A DNA stretch of 45,549 nt from assembly GCA_043753995.1 (NCBI GenBank), contig JAYUVP010000317.1, positions 1-45,549 of the forward strand, in the 5' to 3' direction. Under the pieces are notes generated by a model. The model had not been told where the DNA came from, made no database searches, and saw only the letters and a list, made by a program, of their open reading frames with translations. A program made the position numbers and the translations under genes. The stretch is from Fibrobacterota bacterium. Lineage in GTDB: Bacteria > Fibrobacterota > Fibrobacteria > UBA11236. Of this stretch, positions 9,514 to 18,540 are shown piece by piece (the first letter of the stretch is position 1; each line of letters starts with the position of its first letter).

Positions 9514-10622
9514 CGATCCACCAGCCATCGTAAGGCTCGATCGAGAGCGGTGTAAATGGGGCCTCCCGGATCGAGATCGGCATAGAGCCGCGTGCCGAAA
9601 GTCGGGCCGAAATCGGTGTCATTGATCAGATCGTTGAAAGTCTCGATATGAAAGGAATCGATTTCGATGCCCAAAGTCAAAAATAATGTGCGCATGGCCT
9701 GTCCGCGCGTGTCGAGGAATATCCCCGAATGCGAAGTCACCGAGACGTGAAAGGCAATGGGATAGACGCGCTTGGCAACCAGAAAATCCATTCCGCCTTG
9801 CTCCAAGTCATAGCCTTTGGCCAAGCTGGGGAATTCAGGTCGCTTATAGGCATTAAAAAAACCTTGATGCAAAAGTCCACCGAAACGCGCCATGCTATAC
9901 AAACGCAAATCCACTAGGCCGCGAATAAGCCGCCAAGAAGGCATGCGCGCCACGCCGAATTGCACATAGCCTTCCGAATACGGAGTGGCGAGAGCGGCGC
10001 CACTGCCAATGAAAAAATCGGTATTGGTGAAGCGCGCGCGATCTTCGAAATCAATGCCTGAAAAGCGATAGAGAATCTCGCCATTAAAGGAAAAGTCACT
10101 GCAAGAACCGAAACTGAACTCGGCGCAGCGCACCTTTTCGCGCGCCACCGGCGTCATTTTGCGATAGCCCTGGTGCACCACACCATTTTGCAAAAAGGTG
10201 ATGGAACCGTCGTTTAGAACCCCAAAGGAAAGCCCATAGCGATAAGCCATATTGGTGATATGCGAGGCGTCCGCTTTATACGGATCAATGAATTCCACCG
10301 TCACCAAGTTATAGCCTAAGGTTTCAGGATAAGGACCGGTGACACCAGGGAGGCCGGTGTCGGCCGCCGCCACACCATAGGGTTGCCGCGCGCCATTCAT
10401 GGAAGTGAAAGACAATAAGGTGGCGCCAACCTTGAGCCCAGGCTTAAAGTTGGGATAGACCGGCGCACCCCATGCCCCCGCCAGCGACAAAGACGTTTGT
10501 CCCAAAACGGGCAAAACTCCTAGAACCGTCAAAAGGCCAAAGGCCCAGCCCAGCTGCCGCTTTGAAATTGATTTGCATGCCGGCCTTGCGAAATTTTCGC
10601 CGATATGCGGTTTTTTCTGCAT
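9510..10622 (-). CDS. Hypothetical exported protein, probable outer-membrane beta-barrel
   Basis: 370 aa ORF with a signal-like hydrophobic stretch and Gly/aromatic-rich alternating strands; start uncertain. Confidence 0.65.
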   Translation of the reverse strand: MQKKPHIGENFARPACKSISKRQLGWAFGLLTVLGVLPVLGQTSLSLAGAWGAPVYPNFKPGLKVGATLLSFTSMNGARQPYGVAAADTGLPGVTGPYPETLGYNLVTVEFIDPYKADASHITNMAYRYGLSFGVLNDGSITFLQNGVVHQGYRKMTPVAREKVRCAEFSFGSCSDFSFNGEILYRFSGIDFEDRARFTNTDFFIGSGAALATPYSEGYVQFGVARMPSWRLIRGLVDLRLYSMARFGGLLHQGFFNAYKRPEFPSLAKGYDLEQGGMDFLVAKRVYPIAFHVSVTSHSGIFLDTRGQAMRTLFLTLGIEIDSFHIETFNDLINDTDFGPTFGTRLYADLDPGGPIYTALDRALRWLVDR

Positions 10623-10717
10623 TACTGCCGCAAAGTAGAAGAGGCCCGCTGATAACGCCAGGCCCTCACTAAACCTCGGGAACCGGTTTCAACTACCAAA
10701 GCCACCGAGGAGAAATC

Positions 10718-11821
10718 ATGAAATCATCCTGGATACGCCGGCTAGCTTGTTTTGGGCTTATCGGCTTGGCCGCCCACGAAGCACAGGCCAATATGTCGCA
10801 GTGCCGTTTTCATTTCGGCCGCCCTTTCGCCGGAGGCATACCGGCCAATCTCGTCTCTCAACTCGATTATGTCTCGCAATGGGCGGGCTCCTCCGAGAAC
10901 TACAACTTATCGGGCATGCTGAAGGCATGTAAGCCCGGTGGCACTCTCGCGGGTTTGACGCCCGTGGTCTATGACTATATCATCGCCTTTACCTTGCGTC
11001 GCGATCGCGGTTTGCAGGACTGCAATGTGGGCACGCCCAGCCTCTGCCAAGAGGGCGCGAAGTATTTGCGCAGCGCCACGGACAAAGCCAAAATCCTCTC
11101 CGTGCTCGCCGCCTATGCGCGCGGGGCCGCGAACGACTGGGGCAAAACCGATCCCATCATTTGGTTAATGGAGCCGGATTATTATCAATATGCCCAGCCC
11201 GGCAGCCAAAACGGAAATCCCCTCAGCTTCGCTGAAGCGGCCGCCTTCATGAAGGAAATGATGAACACCGTTCGGGAGCATTTACCCAATGCACAATTCT
11301 CGCTCGATATTTCGCCATGGACCACGGATCAAGGCCAAACTCGCAACTATTACACCGCTTTCGATCTTAGCCGCTTCACCTATGTCAGCACTTCGGGAGG
11401 GCATGCGAATGCCTCTGGAACCGCGGTCAGCACCAACAATAAAATGACTTATAAAGAAATCTTCGACCTCACCGGCAAGCCCATCATCGCCGATTGCGGC
11501 TATGGTGTCGGCGGCGCCTCGGAAGGTCACAATGCCGCCTGGGACGATGTGAATAATCTCAATAACCGCATTAACGACGGCGTGGTGGCCATCAGCCAAG
11601 CCAATCCCAATAATGCCGAATGGGGCAATACCTTAGCCAATAATCGCTCCAAGCTAGGTCAACCCAAGGTTTGCCCCGCTGTTTCTGGCATCGCCGCGAA
11701 GACTTGGGTTTCGCCGTTTTCGCTTCCGATTTTGAATGCCACCGATATGCTGGGGCGTCGTAAGCCTTCGCAATCGCAGGTGTGGAAGGATTATATTCCT
11801 AAAGGATTTATTCCCCTATAA
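10718..11821 (+). CDS. Secreted protein, possible remote GH6-like glycoside hydrolase
   Basis: GAGGAG RBS; signal peptide ending AQA; motifs VVYDY...QDCN, IIWLMEPD, FSLDISPW, IIADCGYG; C-terminal tail with DMLGRR. The CDS is certain, the function is inferred. Confidence 0.6.
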   Translation: MKSSWIRRLACFGLIGLAAHEAQANMSQCRFHFGRPFAGGIPANLVSQLDYVSQWAGSSENYNLSGMLKACKPGGTLAGLTPVVYDYIIAFTLRRDRGLQDCNVGTPSLCQEGAKYLRSATDKAKILSVLAAYARGAANDWGKTDPIIWLMEPDYYQYAQPGSQNGNPLSFAEAAAFMKEMMNTVREHLPNAQFSLDISPWTTDQGQTRNYYTAFDLSRFTYVSTSGGHANASGTAVSTNNKMTYKEIFDLTGKPIIADCGYGVGGASEGHNAAWDDVNNLNNRINDGVVAISQANPNNAEWGNTLANNRSKLGQPKVCPAVSGIAAKTWVSPFSLPILNATDMLGRRKPSQSQVWKDYIPKGFIPL

Positions 11822-11830
11822 GGAGTGTGC

Positions 11831-12685
11831 ATGCGATTGATGCCTATGGTTTTGAGTTCGGCTTTGACTTTCACCTTGGGCATCGCCTCGGCAGCGGATT
11901 TGTCCTGGAATTTCGATACCCAAATCGGGACAAAGCCCGACTCCATCGAAGCCTTTATTTACCCCAATGCCGCCGATCCCGGTTCGGCGAAAACCGCCAA
12001 GCATGTCGCCAAACTCACCCGTCCTGCGGCAACCACCTTGGGCACCGGATTTGTCGCGCATCTCGATTTCACTCTCGACGGTGCGAGCTATCCTTCGGCC
12101 GGCATCGGCATTCTTATGCCATCCGGTTTGCCCAAGGACGCCTCGACTCTCACTTCGATTTCACTGAAGGTGCGCACCGACAAATCCCGCACGGTGACTT
12201 TGGCCTTGGTGAGCAGTAAGAATGCGGCCTACACGGCTCTCGCAAATAATGGCAAGGCTTATGGCTATGCTGCCGACGTTGGCCCCGCTGGCGCCACCTG
12301 GAACATCGCCAAGGACTCCATCAATTGGCCGGGCTGGTGCCTCACCGCCGCCGGTGCGGTGGCTGCCACGCAAACCGATATCACCACTTATTTGGCCGGT
12401 GGTACCGCCAAGAGCAAGGTGAGCGATGTGCTTAAAGGCCTCACCGCCGTACAAATCGGCACGGCCTGCGGGGGAACCGGCACCTGCGCCTCTGATGTTG
12501 GCGTGCTTGAAATCGATGAATTGATCTTGACTGGGGTTTCCAGCGCGGGTATTCGCCGCGAATGGCGTGTCAAGGCTTCGCAACATCGCCTTTCCAATGG
12601 ACAAAGCGTCACGGTGTGGCTGGGAGATGCCTACGGTTTAAAGCCGACGGAAACCTCCTTCTTAGTCGGACGTATCCAACCGTAA
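11831..12685 (+). CDS. Secreted carbohydrate-binding-like protein (CBM11/CIA30-like beta-sandwich)
   Basis: AGGAG RBS at 11821; signal peptide; YPSAGIGI...DASTLTSISLKVR and LEIDEL patterns; basic C-terminal tail. Confidence 0.6.
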   Translation: MRLMPMVLSSALTFTLGIASAADLSWNFDTQIGTKPDSIEAFIYPNAADPGSAKTAKHVAKLTRPAATTLGTGFVAHLDFTLDGASYPSAGIGILMPSGLPKDASTLTSISLKVRTDKSRTVTLALVSSKNAAYTALANNGKAYGYAADVGPAGATWNIAKDSINWPGWCLTAAGAVAATQTDITTYLAGGTAKSKVSDVLKGLTAVQIGTACGGTGTCASDVGVLEIDELILTGVSSAGIRREWRVKASQHRLSNGQSVTVWLGDAYGLKPTETSFLVGRIQP

Positions 12686-12786
12686 CCGGCCAGTAACATG
12701 GGTCGCGTCGGTATTGCCCAAACCGACGCGGCTGCGAAGTGCGCCAAAACCAAGGTATTGGTGTGATTGGTTTTACCTTTGGGAAA

Positions 12787-13689
12787 ATGCCCGGCAAGCC
12801 CACTACCGCCTATTCGCATAAGAAGCCAGGCCTCCTGCTCACGACCCTGCGGCTTACCTTTTTGTCGGCCAAGGCCTTACCGTATCTTGGAGGTTACCTA
12901 GCCTTGAAATGCTATTTGACTCCAAACTTGGGCTTTCGCAAACCTCGCCCCTTTCCCCTGCTGGACCAAGCCACCGAGCGCTGGACCCTTCTCATTCACG
13001 GCAAGCGAGTGCAGGCTTTTCGGTGGGGCCAGGGGCCGTCCGTGCTTTTGGTGCATGGCTGGGAATCGAGTAGCTCGCGCTTCGCCCCCATGATTCAAGC
13101 CTTGACGGGCGCGGGCTTCAGCGCGGTGGCCATGGACGCGCCAGGGCATGGGCTTTCGGGCGGACGCAGCACCAATATCCTGGAAATGACCGATTTGATT
13201 CATGACCTAGCTGATAAGACCGGAGGATTTTATGCCCTCGTGGGCCATTCTTTCGGAGGAGCGGCTGCGCTTTTCGCTGCTGCTCATGGCGTCACGGCAG
13301 AGCGCCTCATTACCCTGAATACGCCCGCGACCTTCACGGGTTTATTCGACAAGTTCTGCCTCACCCTGCGTATCGAGAGTCGGGTCAAAATATCGTTTCG
13401 TCACCAATTGGACGCCATGTTTCATCGTCATGGACGTGATATATGGATCGATTTCTCGGCAGAAGAAAACATGAAGCAAATGAATCGGCCCGTCCTGGTG
13501 ATACACGATCAGGACGACGCCGTGATTCCCTACCTGGAGGGTGACATGCTCGCGAGGGCCGGAAAAGAGGCCGAATTTTGGCAGACTCAGGGTTTCGGTC
13601 ACAATGGAATATTGTCTCAAACCGCCGTTTTAGCCCGCTGCCTTGAATTTTTGCAAAGTGGCAACTTACCAGGGAATACAGGAAACTAA
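12787..13689 (+). CDS. Alpha/beta-fold hydrolase
   Basis: LLVHGW, DAPGHG, nucleophile GHSFGG, HDQDD, GFGHN; likely start ATG 12787. Confidence 0.9.
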   Translation: MPGKPTTAYSHKKPGLLLTTLRLTFLSAKALPYLGGYLALKCYLTPNLGFRKPRPFPLLDQATERWTLLIHGKRVQAFRWGQGPSVLLVHGWESSSSRFAPMIQALTGAGFSAVAMDAPGHGLSGGRSTNILEMTDLIHDLADKTGGFYALVGHSFGGAAALFAAAHGVTAERLITLNTPATFTGLFDKFCLTLRIESRVKISFRHQLDAMFHRHGRDIWIDFSAEENMKQMNRPVLVIHDQDDAVIPYLEGDMLARAGKEAEFWQTQGFGHNGILSQTAVLARCLEFLQSGNLPGNTGN

Positions 13690-13695
13690 AAGCCT

Positions 13696-14880
13696 ATGAA
13701 AATCCATCACGCTTTTTTCGTTTTGGTCTTGGCCCTTGCCCTGTGGCCTTGGTCTCCGCAAGCCCGGCCTTTGGAAGAAGAACCCACCTTGAGGCAATTG
13801 GCCGATGCCAAGGGCATAGTCTTCGGCACCGCCGTGGGTGATTCCTTTTGGGGAATCGATAAGCGTTATCAAGCCACGGTGAAGCGTGACTTCAATACTA
13901 TCGTCGCCGAATATCACATGAAATTCGGCAAGCTGCATCCACGGCCCATCGAATTCGAATGGCGCTTCGCCGACAGCATTATGCGTTTCGCGGACGAGCA
14001 GGGCATGAAGGTGCGCGGTCATTGCCTATTGTGGCACAAAGAAGCGGGATGGCTCGAAAAAGTCAATTACTCTCGCGACTCCCTGATGTTTTTAATTCAC
14101 CGGGCCATCGACAGCATCGTGGGACGCTACCGTGGTAAAATCCCGCAATGGGATGTGGTGAACGAGGCCATTTCCAATAAAACCGACAGTCTTTATCGCG
14201 ACACTTTTTTGTTTCGCAAACTCGGCATAGACTATATCGATTCAGCATTCCGGTGGGCTCGCGCCGCCGACAGTTCGGTGAAGCTCTATTACAATGAATA
14301 CGGCAATGAAGCCCTCGGTCTCAAGTCGCAAAAAACCTATGACTTTCTCAAGGGCTTGAAAGAAAGAGGCGTACCGGTCGACGGCATTGGTCTGCAATGC
14401 CATTTCGATAATGACAGCGTTCCGGACCTTGATTCGATCGCGGCCAATATGAAGCGTCTTGCCGAACTCGATCTCGACATCGCTTTAACCGAAGTTGATT
14501 ACCGACTTTCCTTCCCCGTCGATTCGGCCAAGCTCGCCAAGCAAAAAGAAAATTATCGGGATTTGATGAAGGTCTGTCTAGAAAACTCGCGCTGTAAAAC
14601 CTTCTTGGTTTGGGGTGTCAATGACAGCACATCGTGGGTGCGGCCCTATTTCAAGAATCGAGGCGCGCCTCTTCTGTTCAATAATGACTATGCCGCGAAG
14701 CCCGCCTACTATGGCATTTGGGAAGCCCTGGCTGGAAGGCCGAATGCCATTGGCCAAGGCCTGCGAATTCGGCGAGTGCAAGGGAAGCCCACGGCGAAGG
14801 CATTGAACCAGCGCAAAATCAATGGGGCTTTGGAATTGGCTCCGCCTAGCCGAACGAGAATCCATGTCCCAACGCGATGA
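13696..14880 (+). CDS. Endo-1,4-beta-xylanase, GH10, secreted
   Basis: Signal peptide; RGHCLLWH, WDVVNEA (acid/base), YYNEY, GIGLQCH, LTEVD (nucleophile), WGVND..SW, KPAY. Confidence 0.95.
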   Translation: MKIHHAFFVLVLALALWPWSPQARPLEEEPTLRQLADAKGIVFGTAVGDSFWGIDKRYQATVKRDFNTIVAEYHMKFGKLHPRPIEFEWRFADSIMRFADEQGMKVRGHCLLWHKEAGWLEKVNYSRDSLMFLIHRAIDSIVGRYRGKIPQWDVVNEAISNKTDSLYRDTFLFRKLGIDYIDSAFRWARAADSSVKLYYNEYGNEALGLKSQKTYDFLKGLKERGVPVDGIGLQCHFDNDSVPDLDSIAANMKRLAELDLDIALTEVDYRLSFPVDSAKLAKQKENYRDLMKVCLENSRCKTFLVWGVNDSTSWVRPYFKNRGAPLLFNNDYAAKPAYYGIWEALAGRPNAIGQGLRIRRVQGKPTAKALNQRKINGALELAPPSRTRIHVPTR

Positions 14881-15067
14881 CGAACTCAAAACCGTGCGCG
14901 TGGCCTGTCCCTATTGCGGGGAGAGAATTGCCTGCGCTATCGATTGCAGCGTGACCGCGCAAGAATATATCGAGGATTGCCATGTTTGCTGCCGCCCCAT
15001 TGCCCTGTCGGTATTTGTGAATGAGCAGGGCCAACCGCGCGTCCAGGCGCGGACGGAAGAGGAATGA
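14864..15067 (+). CDS. CPXCG-motif cysteine-rich protein
   Basis: CPYCGE and YIEDCHVCCRPI motifs. Confidence 0.88.
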   Translation: MSQRDDELKTVRVACPYCGERIACAIDCSVTAQEYIEDCHVCCRPIALSVFVNEQGQPRVQARTEEE

Positions 15068-15092
15068 GCTTGGAGCCGGGATTAGAGCGACT

Positions 15093-16013
15093 CTACCGCC
15101 AATTCTTTTTGAAAAAGGCTGCGGTCTTACCCATGCAATCGGCATTGTTCGTGCTGTTAAACCCATGGCCGTCGAGAAAATATTCCGTGTATTCATAGGG
15201 CACCGACGCATTCTTCAAGCGGCCCGTTAGCCATTGGCTTTGATAGAGGGGCACAACCAAATCGATGGTGCCATGAAAGACAATGGTCGGCGGAGAGGAC
15301 GCGCGAACGCGTAGCATGGGACTGGCGCTTTGATACAAAGCCGTGTCTTGAGCCCAAGGGACGCCGAGAAAGTTTTCAATCAAGGGCTTGATGGCAGCGG
15401 ACGAATACCATTCCCAATCGTAAAGATTTGCGGGCCCATAAAGATCACCCACGGCGTGAATCACCTGCTTGTCGTCAAAGGCATAAGCATACAGCATGCT
15501 TAAATGCGCGCCAGCGCTGGCTCCAATCAGGGCATAACTCGGCGCGATACCGTATTCTCGGCGATGCGCATTCAAATAATCAATCACCGATTGTATGTCC
15601 TGAATTTGCGCAGGGTGTTTGTATTGAGTCGCCATGGCCAGCCGATAGTTCATATTCACTAGGGCGACTTCGGGCCACTCCCTGCGCATGGAGGAAATCA
15701 AAGATTGCATTTCGCTTTTATCGCCTTCGGCCCAAGCTCCGCCATGAATGAAAATCAAAACCTTGGTCGAGTCGGCGCTACGATGGGCCGGCAAATCGAT
15801 GTCGAATTTTTGTTGGGCATGCGCACCATAGGCCACGTCACGCAAGGTCAAAGCCGAATGGAATGCGGTTGTATCAGGCGGTGGACTCACGGCGGAATGG
15901 GTGCGATCGCCGCTACAGGCAAAGAGAAAGGGAATAAAGCCCAAGGCCAGGAGAGAATGACCAGCGCTACCGGTTGCAGCGTGACCACGTAGGAATACAT
16001 CGAAGATTGTCAT
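15093..16013 (-). CDS. Alpha/beta hydrolase (HSL-like esterase/lipase), lipoprotein
   Basis: Lipobox LFAC; IHGGAW, NYRL, GASAGAHL, HGTIDLVVP, GHGF. Confidence 0.9.
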   Translation of the reverse strand: MTIFDVFLRGHAATGSAGHSLLALGFIPFLFACSGDRTHSAVSPPPDTTAFHSALTLRDVAYGAHAQQKFDIDLPAHRSADSTKVLIFIHGGAWAEGDKSEMQSLISSMRREWPEVALVNMNYRLAMATQYKHPAQIQDIQSVIDYLNAHRREYGIAPSYALIGASAGAHLSMLYAYAFDDKQVIHAVGDLYGPANLYDWEWYSSAAIKPLIENFLGVPWAQDTALYQSASPMLRVRASSPPTIVFHGTIDLVVPLYQSQWLTGRLKNASVPYEYTEYFLDGHGFNSTNNADCMGKTAAFFKKNWR

Positions 16014-16062
16014 GCCTATTGCCGCTCCATCGCTTTATCGGTTTTTATCAATGAATGGGAAT

Positions 16063-16743
16063 TTACATCGATTTGAAAATCTGCCCATAAATACCACCGA
16101 TACTTATCGTGTATTTCATTTGTTTGCTGGACGAATCATAGGACATACTTGGATTAATAAATAAAAATTCATTTCCTGAATACGGATTGACTTCCAGATA
16201 AATACCTAAACTTTGAAAGTCGACGGATTTGTAATATTCTCCGCGTCCACCACCCATTATGCTATTAAAACAAAAGCAAAGTTCATCCCTATAAATCATG
16301 TATGAGATACTTAAAAATGGGAGTACTCGAACATTGGCTTGGATGCCTGGAGTGAATTCTTTGGCATAAAATGAATATGTCGGGTGAATGACGACATTTG
16401 CAAGATTTCCAAATTTATAACCAAGCGAAAGCGCTGGAGTATACCCTAGAAGACTAAGCCCGTAGATAAAGTTGTTTTTGTTTAAATAAAAATTCAAATA
16501 CCCGAGATCATACACTGAATACCTGGATTCAGTGTATCCTGTACGCTCCAAATTTTGCGCGCTACTGTCCGTCACTCCGAATTCCATATCCGGAACTATA
16601 AAATGCATTGCCCCACCGAATCCAAACCCGTCTCCATTTTGCAATGCAGTGTGATCAAAACTTGGTGGATGAACCGAGCACCCCAAAATTGGAAATAGGA
16701 AAAAGCACACCAGGAGCTTTGGGATCAGAAAATTTTGTTTCAT
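16063..16743 (-). CDS. Hypothetical lipoprotein, strongly AT-rich
   Basis: Lipobox ILGC; 226 aa ORF; about 27-30% GC in two hand-counted 60-mers. Confidence 0.7.
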   Translation of the reverse strand: MKQNFLIPKLLVCFFLFPILGCSVHPPSFDHTALQNGDGFGFGGAMHFIVPDMEFGVTDSSAQNLERTGYTESRYSVYDLGYLNFYLNKNNFIYGLSLLGYTPALSLGYKFGNLANVVIHPTYSFYAKEFTPGIQANVRVLPFLSISYMIYRDELCFCFNSIMGGGRGEYYKSVDFQSLGIYLEVNPYSGNEFLFINPSMSYDSSSKQMKYTISIGGIYGQIFKSM

Positions 16744-16802
16744 TTTACGTTTTAATAGAATTCAAAAATTGGGTTTTGGCATTGCCAACTCACGCCACCC
16801 AC

Positions 16803-16830
16803 AAAAAAGCCGGCCCCTCGCGGAGCCGGC
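16803..16830 (-). terminator. Intrinsic terminator of purA
   Basis: Minus strand GCCGGCTCC-GCGA-GGGGCCGGC-TTTTTT: 9-bp stem, GNRA loop and U tract, 25 nt after the purA stop. Confidence 0.85.
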
Positions 16831-16855
16831 GCCTCAACTCAAGGTCACCTTTTCG

Positions 16856-18148
16856 TTACATCCCCAATTCAATCGTCTGATGCCGCTTGGGGCCTAAGCT
16901 GAGCAAGCCCATAGGCACGCCCACCAAGTCCGACAAGCGCGCCAGATAATGCTGCGCATTGCGCGGCAATTCTTCCCAGCGACGCACACCCGTGGTATTG
17001 GTTTTCCAACCGGGCAAGGTCTCATAGACAGGCACGCACTTTTCCAAGTCGGCCACCGAATTCGGGAAATAGGAAACCGTCTTGCCTTCGCAGCGATAAC
17101 CCGTGCACACTTCAATAGTGTCCCAAGAGTCGAGCACGTCGAGCTTGGTGATGGCCAAATGCGTGAGGCCATTGACCAAGGCCGCACGCCGCACCACCAC
17201 CGCATCGAACCAACCGCAACGACGCTTACGTCCCGTGGTCGCCCCGTATTCGCCGCCGATTTCGCGCAGCTTCTCGCCGATTTCGCCTTCGAGCTCGGTG
17301 GGGAAAGGCCCATTGCCCACCCGTGTCGTATAGGCTTTCACCACGCCGATCACTTGTTGTATTGCCGTGGGTCCCACGCCCGAACCCGTGCAGGCCGCAG
17401 CCGCCACGGTATTGCTGGAAGTCACGAAGGGATAGGTGCCATGATCGACGTCAAGTATGGTGCCTTGCGCGCCTTCGAATAAGAGTCTTTGCCTGGCGCG
17501 CAGTGCCTCATTGAGTAACACTGCCGTGTCGGTCACCAGGGGCTTCACCCTGCGGCCCAGGGCAATATATTCCTCGTATATGGCGTCGGCGTCCAGCACC
17601 TTTCCCTCGGCGATGGCGGCGAACATGTGCGAAACCAAATTGTTATGCGCGTCACATTGGCGCTTCACTTTTTCCCGCAAACTCTTCTCGTCCAGCAAAT
17701 CCAGCACGCGTATGCCCTGCCGGCTCACCTTGTCATTGTAGCAGGGGCCGATGCCACGTCCGGTGGTGCCGATGGCATCCTTGCCCGCGGCTTTTTCCTT
17801 GAGCTGATCCAGGTGCTTGTGCCAGGGGAAAACCACTTGCGCATTCTCCGCGAGAAAAAGCCGGTCCGTCGTGTCAATGCCACGGGCACGCACTTCGTCG
17901 AGCTCTTTCAAGAGCTGCGCGGGATCGAGCACCACGCCATTGCCGATAACGCAAACCTTGCCGGGATGCATGAGGCCGCTGGGAATGAGATGAAACACGT
18001 ATTTCTCATTGCCCACTTCGACGGTATGGCCCGCATTGGCGCCGCCCTGAAAGCGAATCACATAATCCGCCTCCTCGGTGAGAAAATCCACCACCTTGGC
18101 CTTGCCTTCGTCGCCCCACTGGGAGCCCACCACCACGCGATTCGCCAT
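16856..18148 (-). CDS. purA: Adenylosuccinate synthetase
   Basis: QWGDEGKAK, GGANAGHT, IGTTGRGIGP, EGAQG, GTYPFVTSS, EYGATTGRKRRCGWFD. Confidence 0.99.
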   Translation of the reverse strand: MANRVVVGSQWGDEGKAKVVDFLTEEADYVIRFQGGANAGHTVEVGNEKYVFHLIPSGLMHPGKVCVIGNGVVLDPAQLLKELDEVRARGIDTTDRLFLAENAQVVFPWHKHLDQLKEKAAGKDAIGTTGRGIGPCYNDKVSRQGIRVLDLLDEKSLREKVKRQCDAHNNLVSHMFAAIAEGKVLDADAIYEEYIALGRRVKPLVTDTAVLLNEALRARQRLLFEGAQGTILDVDHGTYPFVTSSNTVAAAACTGSGVGPTAIQQVIGVVKAYTTRVGNGPFPTELEGEIGEKLREIGGEYGATTGRKRRCGWFDAVVVRRAALVNGLTHLAITKLDVLDSWDTIEVCTGYRCEGKTVSYFPNSVADLEKCVPVYETLPGWKTNTTGVRRWEELPRNAQHYLARLSDLVGVPMGLLSLGPKRHQTIELGM

Positions 18149-18253
18149 GCCTCTATCCTGCCATTCCTAACATCTTTGTGTATGTGCTTGCCGGGTAACA
18201 CCGGAGTGACCCTTGGGTCGCGACGCAAAGCCCATGGCCTCGTCGCAATCGCC

Positions 18254-18356
18254 AAAAAGCAAGCGGGGAACTTCCGGTCCATCCGAAAGTTCCCCGCAAA
18301 CCAAGTCTTCGAAAAGCCGCCGCCATGCGACCATGCTTTCCGGGTTTGCAGGGGAA
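18254..18356 (-). promoter_or_regulatory. Structured purA leader with intrinsic terminator and competing upstream stem (attenuator/riboswitch candidate)
   Basis: Terminator stem 18297-18283/18277-18263 followed by UUGCUUUUU; 18356-18343 can instead pair with 18302-18290. Confidence 0.5.
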
Positions 18357-18460
18357 ATCTAGGAAGCCGCGCCGTTACGGCAAGGCCTATTCCGGGTCAA
18401 AAAACGAAAGTGGGTACCGAATACCGTCAAAAACAGGCTGATTCCACAGATTTTTCCTGG

Positions 18461-18540
18461 TTTTCCGGGGCGAGGCTCCGCCTCCCCCGACTTCGGCCCA
18501 CCACTCCCTGGAGCCTTGTCGGCCTCAGTCTCCCCACCGG
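18461..18540. repeat. Two-hairpin intergenic repeat, copy A
   Basis: TTTTCCGGGG...CCTCCCCC-G...TCCCCACC frame shared with 43506-43612. Confidence 0.45.

Noticed and set aside
16014..16800. AT-rich gene as an integron cassette
   Set aside because: No attC-like RYYYAAC...GTTRRRY palindrome and no integrase.
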